From an uncultured Hormoscilla sp. (GTDB lineage: Bacteria; Cyanobacteriota; Cyanobacteriia; Cyanobacteriales; Desertifilaceae), in assembly GCA_963921275.4 (NCBI GenBank), contig OZ001293.3, forward strand, positions 3,904,001 to 3,968,000: a stretch of 64,000 bases of DNA, read 5' to 3'. A program made the translations under genes and the position numbers. The notes beneath the pieces are model-generated. The model was not told the DNA's origin, made no database searches, and was given only the letters and a program-made list of their open reading frames with translations. This document shows, piece after piece, positions 25,421 through 36,705 of the stretch (positions are counted from its first letter, which is position 1; the number at the start of each line of letters is the position of its first letter).

Positions 25421-25483
25421 GGAAAGAAAGGACTAACTGCAAGCAAACACTAAAGTGTTTACTACGAACGGGGTAACTCTTGC

Positions 25484-26782
25484 TTACTCTACTACTACGG
25501 CGATCGTGTATCTTTGGGCCGTCCCAGATTTATTTACTACTGTGATGTAGTAGTCCTCCGATGAGGGCAAGGTGCCCCTCCATGCACTTCCATCAGCTTC
25601 AAATATCCTATTCCCTGATGCTGTTTTTATCCTTAATACTACCGGATAATCCGGCGGTGAACTGACATTAATCGACATTAACTGACCCGCAGCTGCATTC
25701 AAGACGTAGTGACTTTCCTCAAGCGATGCTAATGTTCCCCACCGAAGCGCGGCCCGACCCCCCGCCCGAAACTCGATCTTTTCTGCTGAGGGTAAAGATG
25801 GCGAGATAACTGCGATCGCCCCATCCGGTTCCGACTCCTCTTGTCGCGCGATCGCCCCTTGATCTAGGCAACTCTTCAGATCGGCACCTCTGGCACAAGC
25901 ATGTTCTGCCATCGCCGTCGCCACCCCATTAAATATCGGGGCCGCCCACTGACGACCAGCTGCCACCGAACCCGCCCGATCGGCAATATCGATCGCCTTG
26001 GCCACCTCAATCATCGCGATCTGGGGACCGTACTCTGCGGCACGCTCAATCAGCGGATGCCAAGCTAGAGGAGAACCTTCCCGATCGCTTTTTCCACCTC
26101 GCACTCTCGGCCCAATATTGGTCAGACCTTGCTGTCGATAGAAGGGACCTATGTGAGATTGAATCCGATTTTCCCACTCAAAATCCCGTCGATGCAGTCC
26201 CGTTACTAGCATCTGCGGTCCGGGACGGGGGTTCGCCGCACTGGCAATGTGAGCGTCAGCGGTGAGAATCACTGTTTGCACGTTACGATTGCCCTTATGT
26301 ACCCCTGCAATAAAATGCTCCAGGGCCTGGAATCCTGCCAGATTTTCCCCATACATTTGAATCGTCGGCGTTAACACGTAAAACCCCAAGGCTTCCAAAC
26401 GCCGCTTCATCTCCTGTGTGGTAATTGTATTCCACAACCTACCAATATGAGCACCATCCACACTGGCCCCAGCTTGCAGTTTGTTAGTAGTGTACTGCAC
26501 GGGCAAGATGGCGATCGGTTTATCCGTATCGATCCGGATGGGCGCTACATCAGCGTGAGTCCAATTTCTCCCCGTGTAATTGTATCTCACCTGATAAATT
26601 CCCTGCCCCCCCTCATATTGGTAAAAACGACCATCATTGACAATGGAGACCGAGGCCAGTTCGACTCCTGTCTGGGCAGAGGCAAGGTAGGAGTCTGGGA
26701 ACTGATTCTCCAATGCCCCCGCTGAGGTGGAGACTCCGAGGTAAGCTATAGTGGCAACTGCCAAAGCAATTTTCTTGTTCAT
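25484..26782 (-). CDS. Secreted hypothetical protein with C-terminal PPC-like beta domain
   Basis: Signal peptide MNKKIALAVA...; C-terminal YVLNAAAGQ...WRGTLPSSEDYYI pattern. Confidence 0.6.
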   Translation of the reverse strand: MNKKIALAVATIAYLGVSTSAGALENQFPDSYLASAQTGVELASVSIVNDGRFYQYEGGQGIYQVRYNYTGRNWTHADVAPIRIDTDKPIAILPVQYTTNKLQAGASVDGAHIGRLWNTITTQEMKRRLEALGFYVLTPTIQMYGENLAGFQALEHFIAGVHKGNRNVQTVILTADAHIASAANPRPGPQMLVTGLHRRDFEWENRIQSHIGPFYRQQGLTNIGPRVRGGKSDREGSPLAWHPLIERAAEYGPQIAMIEVAKAIDIADRAGSVAAGRQWAAPIFNGVATAMAEHACARGADLKSCLDQGAIARQEESEPDGAIAVISPSLPSAEKIEFRAGGRAALRWGTLASLEESHYVLNAAAGQLMSINVSSPPDYPVVLRIKTASGNRIFEADGSAWRGTLPSSEDYYITVVNKSGTAQRYTIAVVVE

Positions 26783-27027
26783 GAGCTCATCTTCTGATAT
26801 TCTGGTTCTTGTTTTAACGATCAACCAAATTCTCACTCAGGATAAATTTACAATATCTTGAGACTGTATTCTACATCGTCTTACGGCTGCTCCTGCATGC
26901 GTTATATCTGTAGAAGTCCCGAGGGGCAATCTAGTTCCGCCTTTACCCCTAAATCCGGATTTCATCCTAATTTCATTATCTCTTGCTATCATTCTGCTTA
27001 AGTCGATACACTGTATATGTTCAATTC

Positions 27028-27408
27028 ATGAATTGGCACAGAGTTAGCAAAATCATCTTTCCTCTGGCTGTGGTCTATCAGTTGTTGCTACAAGCTCAAC
27101 CCTCGATCGCTCACAGCGGACATCAACATGAGCCAGAGCAAAAATCAGTCGGACAACCGCCATCTGAAACGATCCCAGTTGCACCGGAACAACCTCAAAT
27201 TCTCCCTAGTCCCCCTGTTATAGTTGCACCGGTCTCAGAAGTTAACCATCAAATTCAACTGCTCTCCTCTCCGCACTCGCTAAGGCGCTCGTGCTTCGGG
27301 ATGCGCTTAAGTTGGCTACTACAGCCAGGAGAATTGCTATTTTTGCTATTGGTAACTGGCCCATTTGGGCTTTTTTACCTCAAGCACATGCTCTACAAGC
27401 GTGAATAA
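27028..27408 (+). CDS. Small membrane/secreted protein with His-rich motif
   Basis: Signal-like N-terminus, AHSGHQH, C-terminal TM (PGELLFLLLVTGP); next to the Cu-ATPase cluster. Confidence 0.5.
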   Translation: MNWHRVSKIIFPLAVVYQLLLQAQPSIAHSGHQHEPEQKSVGQPPSETIPVAPEQPQILPSPPVIVAPVSEVNHQIQLLSSPHSLRRSCFGMRLSWLLQPGELLFLLLVTGPFGLFYLKHMLYKRE

Positions 27409-27439
27409 TTGAATCTCAAACTGAAAGATTAAATTAATC

Positions 27440-27727
27440 ATGATTCCTATTAACAGAACCCAGCTTCGTCAACTCCACTTCAAGTTGGCACCAATTATCA
27501 TTTTGCCAGTGCTACTCACAGTCTTCACAGGTTCATTGTTTCAGGTTGCTGTCCTGACTGGCAAGGGAAATGATTTTCTCTGGCTGTTAGAGTTACACAA
27601 AGGAAAATTTGGTCGGATTAACTTAGAGATGATTTATCCTTTTCTCAACGCCTTTGGTCTGCTGGCGATCGCCACAACCGGAATTACCATGTGGTTGCAG
27701 ACTCGCCATCGCAGAATCGGTTCTTAG
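27440..27727 (+). CDS. Small PepSY-associated TM-like protein
   Basis: RQLH..LAPII.LP.LLT..TG and LH.G motifs with two TM helices. Confidence 0.6.
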   Translation: MIPINRTQLRQLHFKLAPIIILPVLLTVFTGSLFQVAVLTGKGNDFLWLLELHKGKFGRINLEMIYPFLNAFGLLAIATTGITMWLQTRHRRIGS

Positions 27728-27748
27728 AACTTATTTTATTTCAAATCC

Positions 27749-27979
27749 TTACTGCTTTGCCTTCGTTTTACTGAACAAAAACCACCATAATTCGCCGCAA
27801 ATTAATGCCAAACCTCCCAGGGTAACTCCTACTTTTAGGGGTAAAGGTTGCTCAACTCGGGTAAATTTACTGCTGGGTTTCCCTGACTGTTCTGGGGTTT
27901 CGGCAATAGACCTAGGGGCCAGGGCCAGCCCCAATATCAGACCGAGAGAGTAACTGATAATTTTGGGCTTGCTTAACAT
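27749..27979 (-). CDS. Small membrane protein associated with the copper ATPase
   Basis: EQPLPLKVGVTLGGLALICGELWWFL; immediately downstream of the ATPase. Confidence 0.55.
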   Translation of the reverse strand: MLSKPKIISYSLGLILGLALAPRSIAETPEQSGKPSSKFTRVEQPLPLKVGVTLGGLALICGELWWFLFSKTKAKQ

Positions 27980-27993
27980 TATTATACCTCCTC

Positions 27994-30261
27994 CTAAACA
28001 TGAATTTGGGGCTGAAATTTGCGCAAGCGCAGGGCATTCGTGACCACAGAAACGGAGCTAAATGCCATCGCCGCACCGGCAATAACTGGGTTGAGCAGCC
28101 AGCCAAAGAAGGGGTAAAGAATTCCCGCTGCTATGGGAATGCCACAAACATTGTAAATATAGGCAAAGAAGAGATTTTGACGGATATTTTTCATGGTAGC
28201 ATGGCTCAGTTGGATGGCAGCGATAATGCTGCGTAAGTCCCCAGAAATTAAGGTAATGTCGCTAGCCGCGATCGCTACATCGGTGCCCGTACCAATGGCA
28301 ATGCCCACATCCGCTTGTGCTAAGGCCGGGGCATCGTTAATGCCATCCCCTACCATGGCAACAATTTTACCTTCTGCTTGTAGGGCTTTTATTTGTGCTG
28401 CTTTTTGGTCCGGACGCACTTGGGCAATGACTCTGGTAATCCCCACTTCTCGCCCGATCGCCTCAGCAGTTTGGCGATTATCTCCGGTCAGCATCACCAC
28501 CTCTAATTTCATCCGCTTTAATGCTTTAACTGCTTCGGTAGAGGAGGGTTTGAGGGCATCTGCTATTTCGACTAATCCGGCAATTTCCTTGTCTACAGCG
28601 ATCCAAGCTGTTGTCTTGGCCTGGGCCTCCCAATCTTCACCCATTGATGCTAAAGATTTAGTATCTATTGACAAGTCATCCATCCAACGTTGGGTGCCAA
28701 TTTGCACCAGGCTATCGCCCACTATTCCTCGCACTCCCATCCCGGGAATGGCGGCAAAGTTCTGTACTTTCGGAAGGGGCCCGGTGACGCCCTGCGATCG
28801 GGCATATTGCACTACCGCTGCTGCTAGGGGATGTTCGGAATTTTGTTCGACTGCTGCGGCTAAACTCAGCAGTTTAATTTCATTGCTATCTGCCGTGCCT
28901 TTGACAGTAACGTAGTTGGTGACGCTGGGTTTCCCTTCCGTGATAGTACCGGTTTTATCGAGCACGATCGCCTGAATTTTATGAGCTAGTTCCAAACAAG
29001 AGGCATCCTTAATTAAAATCCCATTTTCGGCCCCTTTGCCAGTCCCCACCATTATAGAAGTGGGGGTGGCTAAACCCAGGGCGCAGGGACAGGCGATAAT
29101 CAAGACGCTGACCGTGGAGATCGTGGCCAGGGTGAAGTTACCCGTGACATTAAACCAGATGACGAAGGTGGCAATGGCGATCGCCATCACAGCGGGCACG
29201 AACCAGGCCGTTATCCGATCGGCCAACTGCTGAATGGGTGCTTTAGAACCTTGGGCCTCTCGTACCAACTTCACGATCTGGGCCAAGACTGTATCCTTAC
29301 CCACCCGGGAGGCCCGTAACTGAAAACTTCCCGTCTTATTAATCGTCCCCCCGATCGCCTCATCTCCGGGCTGTTTGGTGACCGGTATGGGTTCTCCGGT
29401 CACCATGGATTCATCTACCTGAGAAGCACCAACAATCACCTTACCGTCAACGGGAAATTTTTCCCCAGGACGGACGACAACTATATCTCCAACCACTACT
29501 TCCTGAATGGGAATCTCTACAGACTCTCCATTGCGCATCACCCGTGCAGTTTTTGCTTGCAACCCCATCAGTTTGCGGATCGCTTCCGAAGTTTGTCCCT
29601 TAGCGCGACTTTCCAGCAACCGCCCGAGGAGAATCAGGGTAATAATTACCACCGCCGCTTCGTAGTATACTTCCGGTTGCAAACCCCGATCCAGAAATAA
29701 ACTCACCGAAAACGTAGCCAACAGGGAATACAAATAAGCTGCGCCCGTTCCCAAGGCCACTAAGGTATTCATATCCGCTGTGCGACGTTTGCAAGCTTTC
29801 CAGGCGCCGACAAAAAAGCCTTTGCCACACCAAACCATAACAGGTATGCTCAAGAGTAGCTGTACCCAGGCATTGTGCATCCATGTGGGAATAAACGACA
29901 AATGAAGTCCGGTCATTGCTGGCAAAGAGCCCACCACTAGCAGCACGCTGATAATACCTCCCCAGAGCACTTTGCGGGTTAACTCTTTTTGTTCCCCCTG
30001 CTGCGCCCTCTTCTCAGCATCTTGTGCAACTCCGTCCATTTCCTGTAGGGGAAAGGCGCTATAACCCGCCTCTGTTACCGCCTGGCCGATCGTTTCTAGG
30101 TTGGTTTCCTGGGGATTATACTTAACCGTAGCTTGGGACATGGCGAAGTTGACATGACATTCCCTGACGCCCCGAACCCCTTGGATCGCCCCTTCGATGG
30201 TAGCCGCACAAGCGGCACAACCCATGCCTTTTAACTGGAGATTTGCTGTTTCCATTGTCAT
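27994..30261 (-). CDS. pacS: Copper-translocating P1B-type ATPase (PacS/CopA-like)
   Basis: GMGCAAC metal-binding domain, TGE, CPC, DKTGT, SEHP, GDGIND, YN and MAFSS motifs. Confidence 0.85.
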   Translation of the reverse strand: MTMETANLQLKGMGCAACAATIEGAIQGVRGVRECHVNFAMSQATVKYNPQETNLETIGQAVTEAGYSAFPLQEMDGVAQDAEKRAQQGEQKELTRKVLWGGIISVLLVVGSLPAMTGLHLSFIPTWMHNAWVQLLLSIPVMVWCGKGFFVGAWKACKRRTADMNTLVALGTGAAYLYSLLATFSVSLFLDRGLQPEVYYEAAVVIITLILLGRLLESRAKGQTSEAIRKLMGLQAKTARVMRNGESVEIPIQEVVVGDIVVVRPGEKFPVDGKVIVGASQVDESMVTGEPIPVTKQPGDEAIGGTINKTGSFQLRASRVGKDTVLAQIVKLVREAQGSKAPIQQLADRITAWFVPAVMAIAIATFVIWFNVTGNFTLATISTVSVLIIACPCALGLATPTSIMVGTGKGAENGILIKDASCLELAHKIQAIVLDKTGTITEGKPSVTNYVTVKGTADSNEIKLLSLAAAVEQNSEHPLAAAVVQYARSQGVTGPLPKVQNFAAIPGMGVRGIVGDSLVQIGTQRWMDDLSIDTKSLASMGEDWEAQAKTTAWIAVDKEIAGLVEIADALKPSSTEAVKALKRMKLEVVMLTGDNRQTAEAIGREVGITRVIAQVRPDQKAAQIKALQAEGKIVAMVGDGINDAPALAQADVGIAIGTGTDVAIAASDITLISGDLRSIIAAIQLSHATMKNIRQNLFFAYIYNVCGIPIAAGILYPFFGWLLNPVIAGAAMAFSSVSVVTNALRLRKFQPQIHV

Positions 30262-30377
30262 GACAGTTTACAAAACACTTTAATTTCAAGCTACGACATA
30301 AAAATGAAATTAGAATGAAATTCGACCATCGGACGTTCCCCCGTAGCGATCGCCTAGCAAGCTGCCGGTCCTGCTCC

Positions 30378-30507
30378 CGCCGGTAGCCGTTCTTGCCGTG
30401 ACCCCCGATCGCGTAGGACCGGTAGCCTGTCTGTGCGCGCTGCGCAATCGCCCGACACCCGCTCTTACTATGCTATCATATCTGGTATGAGATTGGGGCG
30501 ATCGCCC
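30378..30507 (+). repeat. ~125-bp dispersed repeat (second copy 36077-36198)
   Basis: Shared GCCGTGACCCC.GATCGCGTAGGAC...GCGCAATCGCCCGACACCCGCTC...TATCATATCTGGTA...GGGGCGATCGCCC. Confidence 0.7.
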
Positions 30508-30885
30508 GATAGTCTCAGCTACCGGGACACAAATCAGTAAAGGTACATTCCGGTCAGTTAAAACCCAATACTATTGCCTACTTTTCATAGGAAAAAGCCC
30601 TGTTTCTCTGAGAAACAGGGCTTTTTTCCAATTATATAATCTATCGCAATTTTTCGGCGCCAAAATTTATTTTACGCGCTAGCCAACCGGCTATAAATAG
30701 AGTGCCCAATTTTTGCTAGCAATCACCGGCGATTTTCGGTTATGATTAGCCCCCCAAAGAGGGCCGTCCGGTTTACAGCATAAAGTCGAGAGTGATGGTC
30801 ATCGTCAGTTTATTCGTAGCACGGTTCCGGTTAACTATCGGACGCTGGCAAGATCGACACCCACTTTCGGGCCTTTAATAAACCG

Positions 30886-33800
30886 ATGGAAATGGCGGCG
30901 ACTCGGGATAAAATTGCCTTCGGCATCGCTTATCATATTTGGGACTTACGGAATGTTCCGGTTGTGGCAGGAAAACTGGAACCAGCAGGGAAACACGAAG
31001 CCTGTTACTTGCCCCGGAATATTTATATTATCGGAGATATCGATATTCACGAAATGGCATGGGCCGGAAAGGAACTTTGGTTTGTGAATACTAAGTTTTC
31101 CTGTCTCTGTACTTGGGGCCATCCTAACAGTTTTGTCCCCTGCTGGCGACCGCCATTTATTAGCGCATACGACTTGATGGACCGCTGTCATCTAAATGGG
31201 TTATGCTTGCAAGATGATAAACCTAAATATAGCATTTATCATAAAGATGAGGTACAATAGTGAGGTCAGCGGTAGCCATCCTCTAAAACCAGGAAGCCCT
31301 ACTCAGTCGATTTCCGCCAGAAAATCATAGAAACTTATGAAAATGAGGCAATAGCACAAAGACAACTAGCGAAAAGATTTCGGGTAGCATTCAGTTTCGT
31401 TATCAAAATCTTAAAGTAGCACCGGGAAACCGGTAACTTGTCACCAGGAAAAAGTAGCGGTCGTCCCGCTCGAGGAAGTGCAACAGGAAAAGCTGAAAAT
31501 TTGGGGAGAAAAAAATAATGATTGGACCTGAGAAGAATATCAATCGGAATTAGAAAAGCAGACGGGAGTACAAGTCAGCCGTTCCACAATAGACAGGATG
31601 ACTAAGCGGTTTGACCAGAAAAAAAAGTCATTACATCCGACCGAAAAGGGAAGCTCCTGAGTGCAACCGTTGAGGTTGGACTATTGGAAGGAGATAGAAG
31701 GGATAGAGCCCTTAGACCTCATATTCCTGGATGAAGGAGGCTCCCGCCTGGCTCTAACACGGATGTATGCCCGCATGTGGTCTAAAAGCCTATGGAAGTA
31801 AAGGAGCGTAAGCGCGGAAAAATGTTTCAATAGTTGGGGCAGTGAGTCTCAATGGGATAGTGAGTTCATTTAATATTTTAGGGGCTTACGATCGCTTGAC
31901 ATTATTAGCATTTGTGATTCGCCGTTCCCAAACTGTGGAAAAAAGCCTGGGATGTCTCTTTTGTAGTGCGAATAGCGCGTCCCCTCTGGGGGACAGTTGT
32001 GATGGACAACTGTAAAATTCATAAGGGAGATGTAATCCGGCAAGCCATTGAGAACGTGGGGGCACGGTTAGTCTATCTTCCTCCTTATTCACCGGACTTC
32101 TCTCAAGCATGAAAATTTTTGGTCAAAACTGAAGAGTTATCTCAAAAAACTGGAAGCCAGAACCTATCGGGCCCTCGTAGATGCCATTCAGGAAGGCTTT
32201 GCTACCATCAGCCAACAAGATATCTACAACTGGTTCACCCACTGCTGCTACTGTACCTCACAATTTTGAGAAATGCTATATGTCACCTTGGCGGAAACGG
32301 ATAGTCCTGCTGGGTGGCGACAGCATCGGGCTCGTGGTGGGGTTTTAATTGATGTAGAATCTAATGAAGTCTTGCTGCGGGAACTTTCTATGCCCCATTC
32401 TCTCCGCTGGTATCGCGAACAGTTATGGTTGTTGGAGTCAGGTAACGGTTCTCTGGCAAAGGTTGACTTGAGTAATGGGAAACTTCATACTGTTACTAGC
32501 TTGCCGGGGTTTACTCGCGGCCTGGACTTCTGGGGGGATCTGGCCTTTGTCGGGTTGTCCCAAGTTCGGGAACGGGCGGTGTTTACCGGTCTGCCTATTA
32601 CCGAACTGACGGAACGGATCTGTGGGGTCTGGGCGGTACATATAGAAACTGGGGAAACGGTGGCATTTCTCAAGTTTACTGCGGGCGTTGAAGAAATATT
32701 TGCGGTGTCGGTTTTGTTTTGCCCCAGACTCGCTTTCCGAAAATTGTAGACTGGAACGAACCTTTGTTGCGCACCTCCTATGTTTTGCCCGATGAGGCCC
32801 TCGCCGAAACGGTGAATATGACGGCAGCGCAAGTTGAAGGGAAAAAGTTATTACTGCGCGGCAATGTTTTATATAATCAAGGGAAGCTTGCTGAGGCGAT
32901 CGCCTGCTATCGGGAGTCCTTGGAATGGCAAGCTGATTTCGGACAGGCAAGATACAATCTGGGGGTCGCTTTGGGTGATAATGAGGAATATGATGAGGCG
33001 ATCGCCTGCTTGCAGGAGGTCATCGAAAAAGAACCGGACAATGCTGATGCCCATAATAGTCTGGGTTTTGTCTACAGTCAAAAGCGGGAGTTGTCAAAGG
33101 CGATCGGCCATTATGAAACGGCAATCCGATTCAACGCCACCTTTGCCAAGGCTCATTTTAACCTGGGCATGACCCTGTTGCAAATGGGAGAATTTCAGAG
33201 AGGATGGGCGGAAAGCGAATGGCGCTGGCAAACCGCACAGTTTACTCCCTTCAAATGTCCCCAACCTCGATGGGATGGTAAGGAGATCCTGGATAAAACT
33301 CTCTTGGTCCATACGGAACAAGGGGCCGAGGATGCCATGCAATTCATTCGCTACATTCCTTTAGTGGCGCGGCGCTGTCAGCGGGTTATTCTGGTCTGCA
33401 TGCCGGAATTAACTCCCTTATTTGCTACTAGGTGGGGTATCGACGAAATTAAACCCCCCGGAGAAATTGGGATCGAAGAATTTGATGCCTATGTTCCTTT
33501 GATGAGTCTTCCTTACCTCTTGGAGACGACTGCTGATACTATCCCTGCTACTATACCTTATCTCGCCGTACTGGCATCTTACCTCGACAAGCACCCATTG
33601 CCTGCTACCGATCTCCTGAAGGTGGGAATTGCTTGGGGCGGAAGTCCTACCCACAAAAACGATCGCCACCGTTCCTGCAAGTTAACGGATTTTCTCCCTA
33701 TTTTACAGACTCCGGGGATTGATTTCTACAGTCTGCAAAAGGGCGATCGTGCCTCCGAGTTAAAGGCTCTTCCCTCCGAGATCCAGATAGCAGACTTAAG

Positions 33801-34065
33801 CGAACAGTTACAAGACTATGGGGATACCGCTGCTATTATCAGTTAACTGGATTTGGTCGTCAGCGTCGATACCTCTGTAGTTCATCTGGCGGGGGCTTTA
33901 GGAAAAACTGTATGGACCCTCTTGTGTTTTAATTCTGACTGGCGCTGGATGGTAACAGGTTCGGAGTCTCCTTGGTATCCCACTATGAAATTATTCCGTC
34001 AGTCCCAACCGGATGATTGGCATTCTGTCTTTGCGCAAGTACGGAATGCTTTATCGAAATATTGA
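30886..34065 (+). pseudogene. TIGR03032-family domain + TPR + glycosyltransferase family 9 fusion; 5'-truncated, IS-interrupted, frameshifted
   Basis: GDIDIHEM, DRCHLNG, LSMPHS.RW and PGFTRGL motifs, then TPRs, EQG..D..QF.RY and DTSVVHLAGALG; TAA at 33844; IS630 inside the KYVT codons. Confidence 0.85.
31230..32278 (+). mobile_element. IS630-family element with degraded transposase
   Basis: TIRs TAGCATTTATCATAAAGATGAGGTACA / TGTACCTCACAATTTTGAGAAATGCTA; TA duplication (31228-29, 32279-80); PYSVDFRQKII and YLPPYSPDFS remnants with stops. Confidence 0.9.
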
Positions 34066-34142
34066 CAAGAAACCGGGTTTCTGTAATTATTTTGGCTACG
34101 ATAGCCAGATTTGTTTAAAGAAACTCGGTTTCACCGACCCCC

Positions 34143-34758
34143 GCGACAGGGGTAGGTTTTTTACATTAACGATATAATTCCGAACAGATAAGGGAGACAA
34201 GGAGGGAAAGTGGACAAGGAAGAAAACATTTTTACATTAACGATATAATTCCGAACAGATAAAGGAGACAAGGAGGAAAAGTGGATAAGGAAGAAAACAA
34301 AAAAAATATAAAAACTCATGAATATCTAATCATCTATCAAAAAGCGTTTGATGCTGCGATGAAGATTTTTGAATTATCAAAGCATTTACCCGCTGAAGAA
34401 ATATATTCTATTACCGCTCAAATTAGACGATCGTCTCCTTCAGTTTGTGCTAATTTCGCCAAAAGAGAAAAAGAAGGTATAAAGCAGCATTTGTAGCCAA
34501 ATTAAATGATTGTGAAGCAGAAAGTGCAGAAACTAAAATTTGGCTAAAATTAGCCTTAAATGTCAATATATCTATCGAAAAAAGAAGATAATTATATAGT
34601 ATATATAATCAAATTTTAAGTGGATTAGTTAAAATGATTAATCATCGGTGAAAGTTGGTTAATTGGTTGAGGAATATCCTATCTTGTATCATTTTTCTCT
34701 TCCTTTTCTTCCTTGTCACCTTGTCTTGTCACTTTTGTAAAAAACCTAGCCTTGTAAG
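34143..34758. mobile_element. TIR-bounded element carrying a four-helix-bundle gene
   Basis: ACAGGGGTAGGTTTTTTACA ... TGTAAAAAACCTAGCCTTGTAAG; same termini as 13319-13396; no clear TSD. Confidence 0.6.
34281..34651 (+). pseudogene. Four-helix-bundle protein (TIGR02436/IVS-like), frameshifted
   Basis: YQKAFDAAMKIFELSK..P.EE.YS.T.QIRRSS.SVCAN, continuing in another frame as AAFVAKLNDCEAESAET.IWL. Confidence 0.75.
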
Positions 34759-34861
34759 GGGTAGGCACCGCTCACCACCATCGCCTTAGCCTATACCGGG
34801 GTTTCTGGGCGGCTCACCCAAAGCGCGATCGCAGCCGCACGAGCGGCGATCGCGCCCCACA

Positions 34862-35626
34862 TCAATCGAGAGAGTCTGGGTCAATATTGAGCTCGCGCAG
34901 TTTTGCTGCTAGCCGTTCGGCTCGCTGTTGAGCTGCGGCTGCTTCCTCCTGAGGCGTCAAAATCAATTCACCTGAGGATGTAAACCACCGCAACCACAGA
35001 CGGTTAGTACCTTTATAACTCCCCCGCCACAAGCCTAAACTCAGCTCCAGCCGTTTAATCGGCAAACGCCCATTACTCAACGAAGCATGTTCGTATTGAC
35101 CAGCTACTAGATGAAATGCCTGAAATTTATCTTTTTGCCGACTGAAAACTATGTAGTAAGGCACTCGCAGAATTTGCTCGTATACTTCCCACTTCGTAGG
35201 CGGGTTTCCCGGTTGGCGCACCGTCCGTCCCAAATCTTCATTTTCCGTACTGGGGGATAATAGCTCAATTATCACAAATGGACTCACCAGTTCTTGCCAC
35301 ATCACGTAGCTATCCCGCAGATCGCGACCGTCGTAGAGTCGCTCTACTCCCACCACCGCAAACCAATCCGGGCGTTTGTACCAATTCAGATTGCGGCGAT
35401 CGTAGTAAATGTTGAGGTCAGATGCCACAAGCACTTGCTCCGAGGTAAAATTCGGAGGTTGGAAAGTGTCTTCCAACAGCGTTGACTGTAGTCCGTGATA
35501 TTGGTCCGGCATGGAGATATCCTCGGGATCTTCGCTGGGCAGGTCGTACATTGTCGGCAAGGTCTGCCGAGGTGAAAGAGGCGGATGGGATTGGGTGGGT
35601 AGCGTTGCTAAAGAGTTCATTGCCAA
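34862..35626 (-). CDS. Uma2 family endonuclease
   Basis: LPTMYDLPSE, RPDWFAVVGV, IELLSPST and KWEVYEQILRVPYY motifs. Confidence 0.85.
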   Translation of the reverse strand: MAMNSLATLPTQSHPPLSPRQTLPTMYDLPSEDPEDISMPDQYHGLQSTLLEDTFQPPNFTSEQVLVASDLNIYYDRRNLNWYKRPDWFAVVGVERLYDGRDLRDSYVMWQELVSPFVIIELLSPSTENEDLGRTVRQPGNPPTKWEVYEQILRVPYYIVFSRQKDKFQAFHLVAGQYEHASLSNGRLPIKRLELSLGLWRGSYKGTNRLWLRWFTSSGELILTPQEEAAAAQQRAERLAAKLRELNIDPDSLD

Positions 35627-35859
35627 TCTCCTACTAGGGGGTCTTTTCTATTTTAATGTCCGATCGCGTAGGCGGAGTTTGCAGCCGGGTGCGGTCTTGC
35701 ACCAGTTGCATGAGGGGGCGATCGATGTCTTCGGAGTGTGCGACTATGATGTCCCCCGAGTTTCGACGATGCCTGATGGGTTGCCTGCGTTGCATCCCTC
35801 AGGCATCGAAGTGCGTCCCGGGTTTCGCCGTGCGTCCGGGGGACATCAAGCGCGCAGAG

Positions 35860-36036
35860 TGCATCGAAGGCTACGGCATTAATAGCATCGAGCAGTTTCT
35901 ACTGAATGCGGCTATGTTGTCCTTGGGGCATGGGCTTTTGTAACACTTGACCGTTGATATACTCACTGGCCGGTTTCCTTTCCGGTAAGGCCAGAAACTC
36001 CTCAAGAGTAAGTTGTTTGATTGGAGTCTGAACCAT
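35860..36036 (-). pseudogene. Uma2 family N-terminal fragment, copy 1
   Basis: MVQTPIKQLTLEEFLALPERKPASEYINGQVLQKPMPQGQHSRIQ*KLLDAINAV, then repeat DNA. Confidence 0.75.
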
Positions 36037-36451
36037 TGGCAATTCTATCCCTTTTAGTTTCTTATGCTTCTGCTCGCGCCAGTAGCCGCTGCCGTGACCC
36101 CGATCGCGTAGGACACGTAGCCCTGTGCGCGCAGCGCAATCGCCCGACACCCGCTCAAACTATGGTATCATATCTGGTACGAGATGGGGCGATCGCCCTT
36201 TTCGCCTCCAAACCTATCAGCTAGCGCAAGCCTGCTGTTGGGTAGTTTACACTATCGAATCCGGCGGTGAGAAACTGGTTTCTGAGTACACACGACTTTC
36301 GCCTCGCCGAGATAAGAAACCCGGTTTCGCCGGCGAAACCGGGTTTCTGGGTAGACACAAGTAGACCTGTTAAAATTGAGAGCCTTGATGTCTCCTGAGC
36401 GACTGCAACAAATTGTCTGAGGTCGCCGTTCAGGGTGCATCTGCTTACCTA

Positions 36452-36705
36452 TTAATGTTTACCCGAGAAACGCTTGACTACACCCAAAGTTCCAATGGCG
36501 ATTAGACCGAGAACCGCAGAAGGTTCTGGAACTTTTTGTGGAACTTCCTCCATAGCGAACAGATAAACCGAACCACTGTCACTCCCGTTGTGGTCCTCCA
36601 AATGTGAGCCAATCAGCGCCGAGTTCCCATCGAGTGCTACTGGGAAACCGAACTGGTAGCCATTAGCACCGTCGGGAGCAATAAATTTTTGGAGGAAGTC
36701 GCCAC
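36452..36705 (-). pseudogene. FG-GAP repeat / PEP-CTERM protein remnant
   Basis: GDFLQKFIAPDGANGYQFGFPVALDGNSALIG...SGSVYLF, then frameshift to VPEPSAVLGLIAIGTLGVVKRFSGKH*. Confidence 0.7.

Noticed and set aside
28193..28915. 240-aa plus-strand ORF
   Set aside because: Antisense shadow of the P-type ATPase.
34281..34651. Diversity-generating retroelement (Avd-like gene)
   Set aside because: No RT and no template/variable repeat pair with adenine-specific differences were seen in the window.
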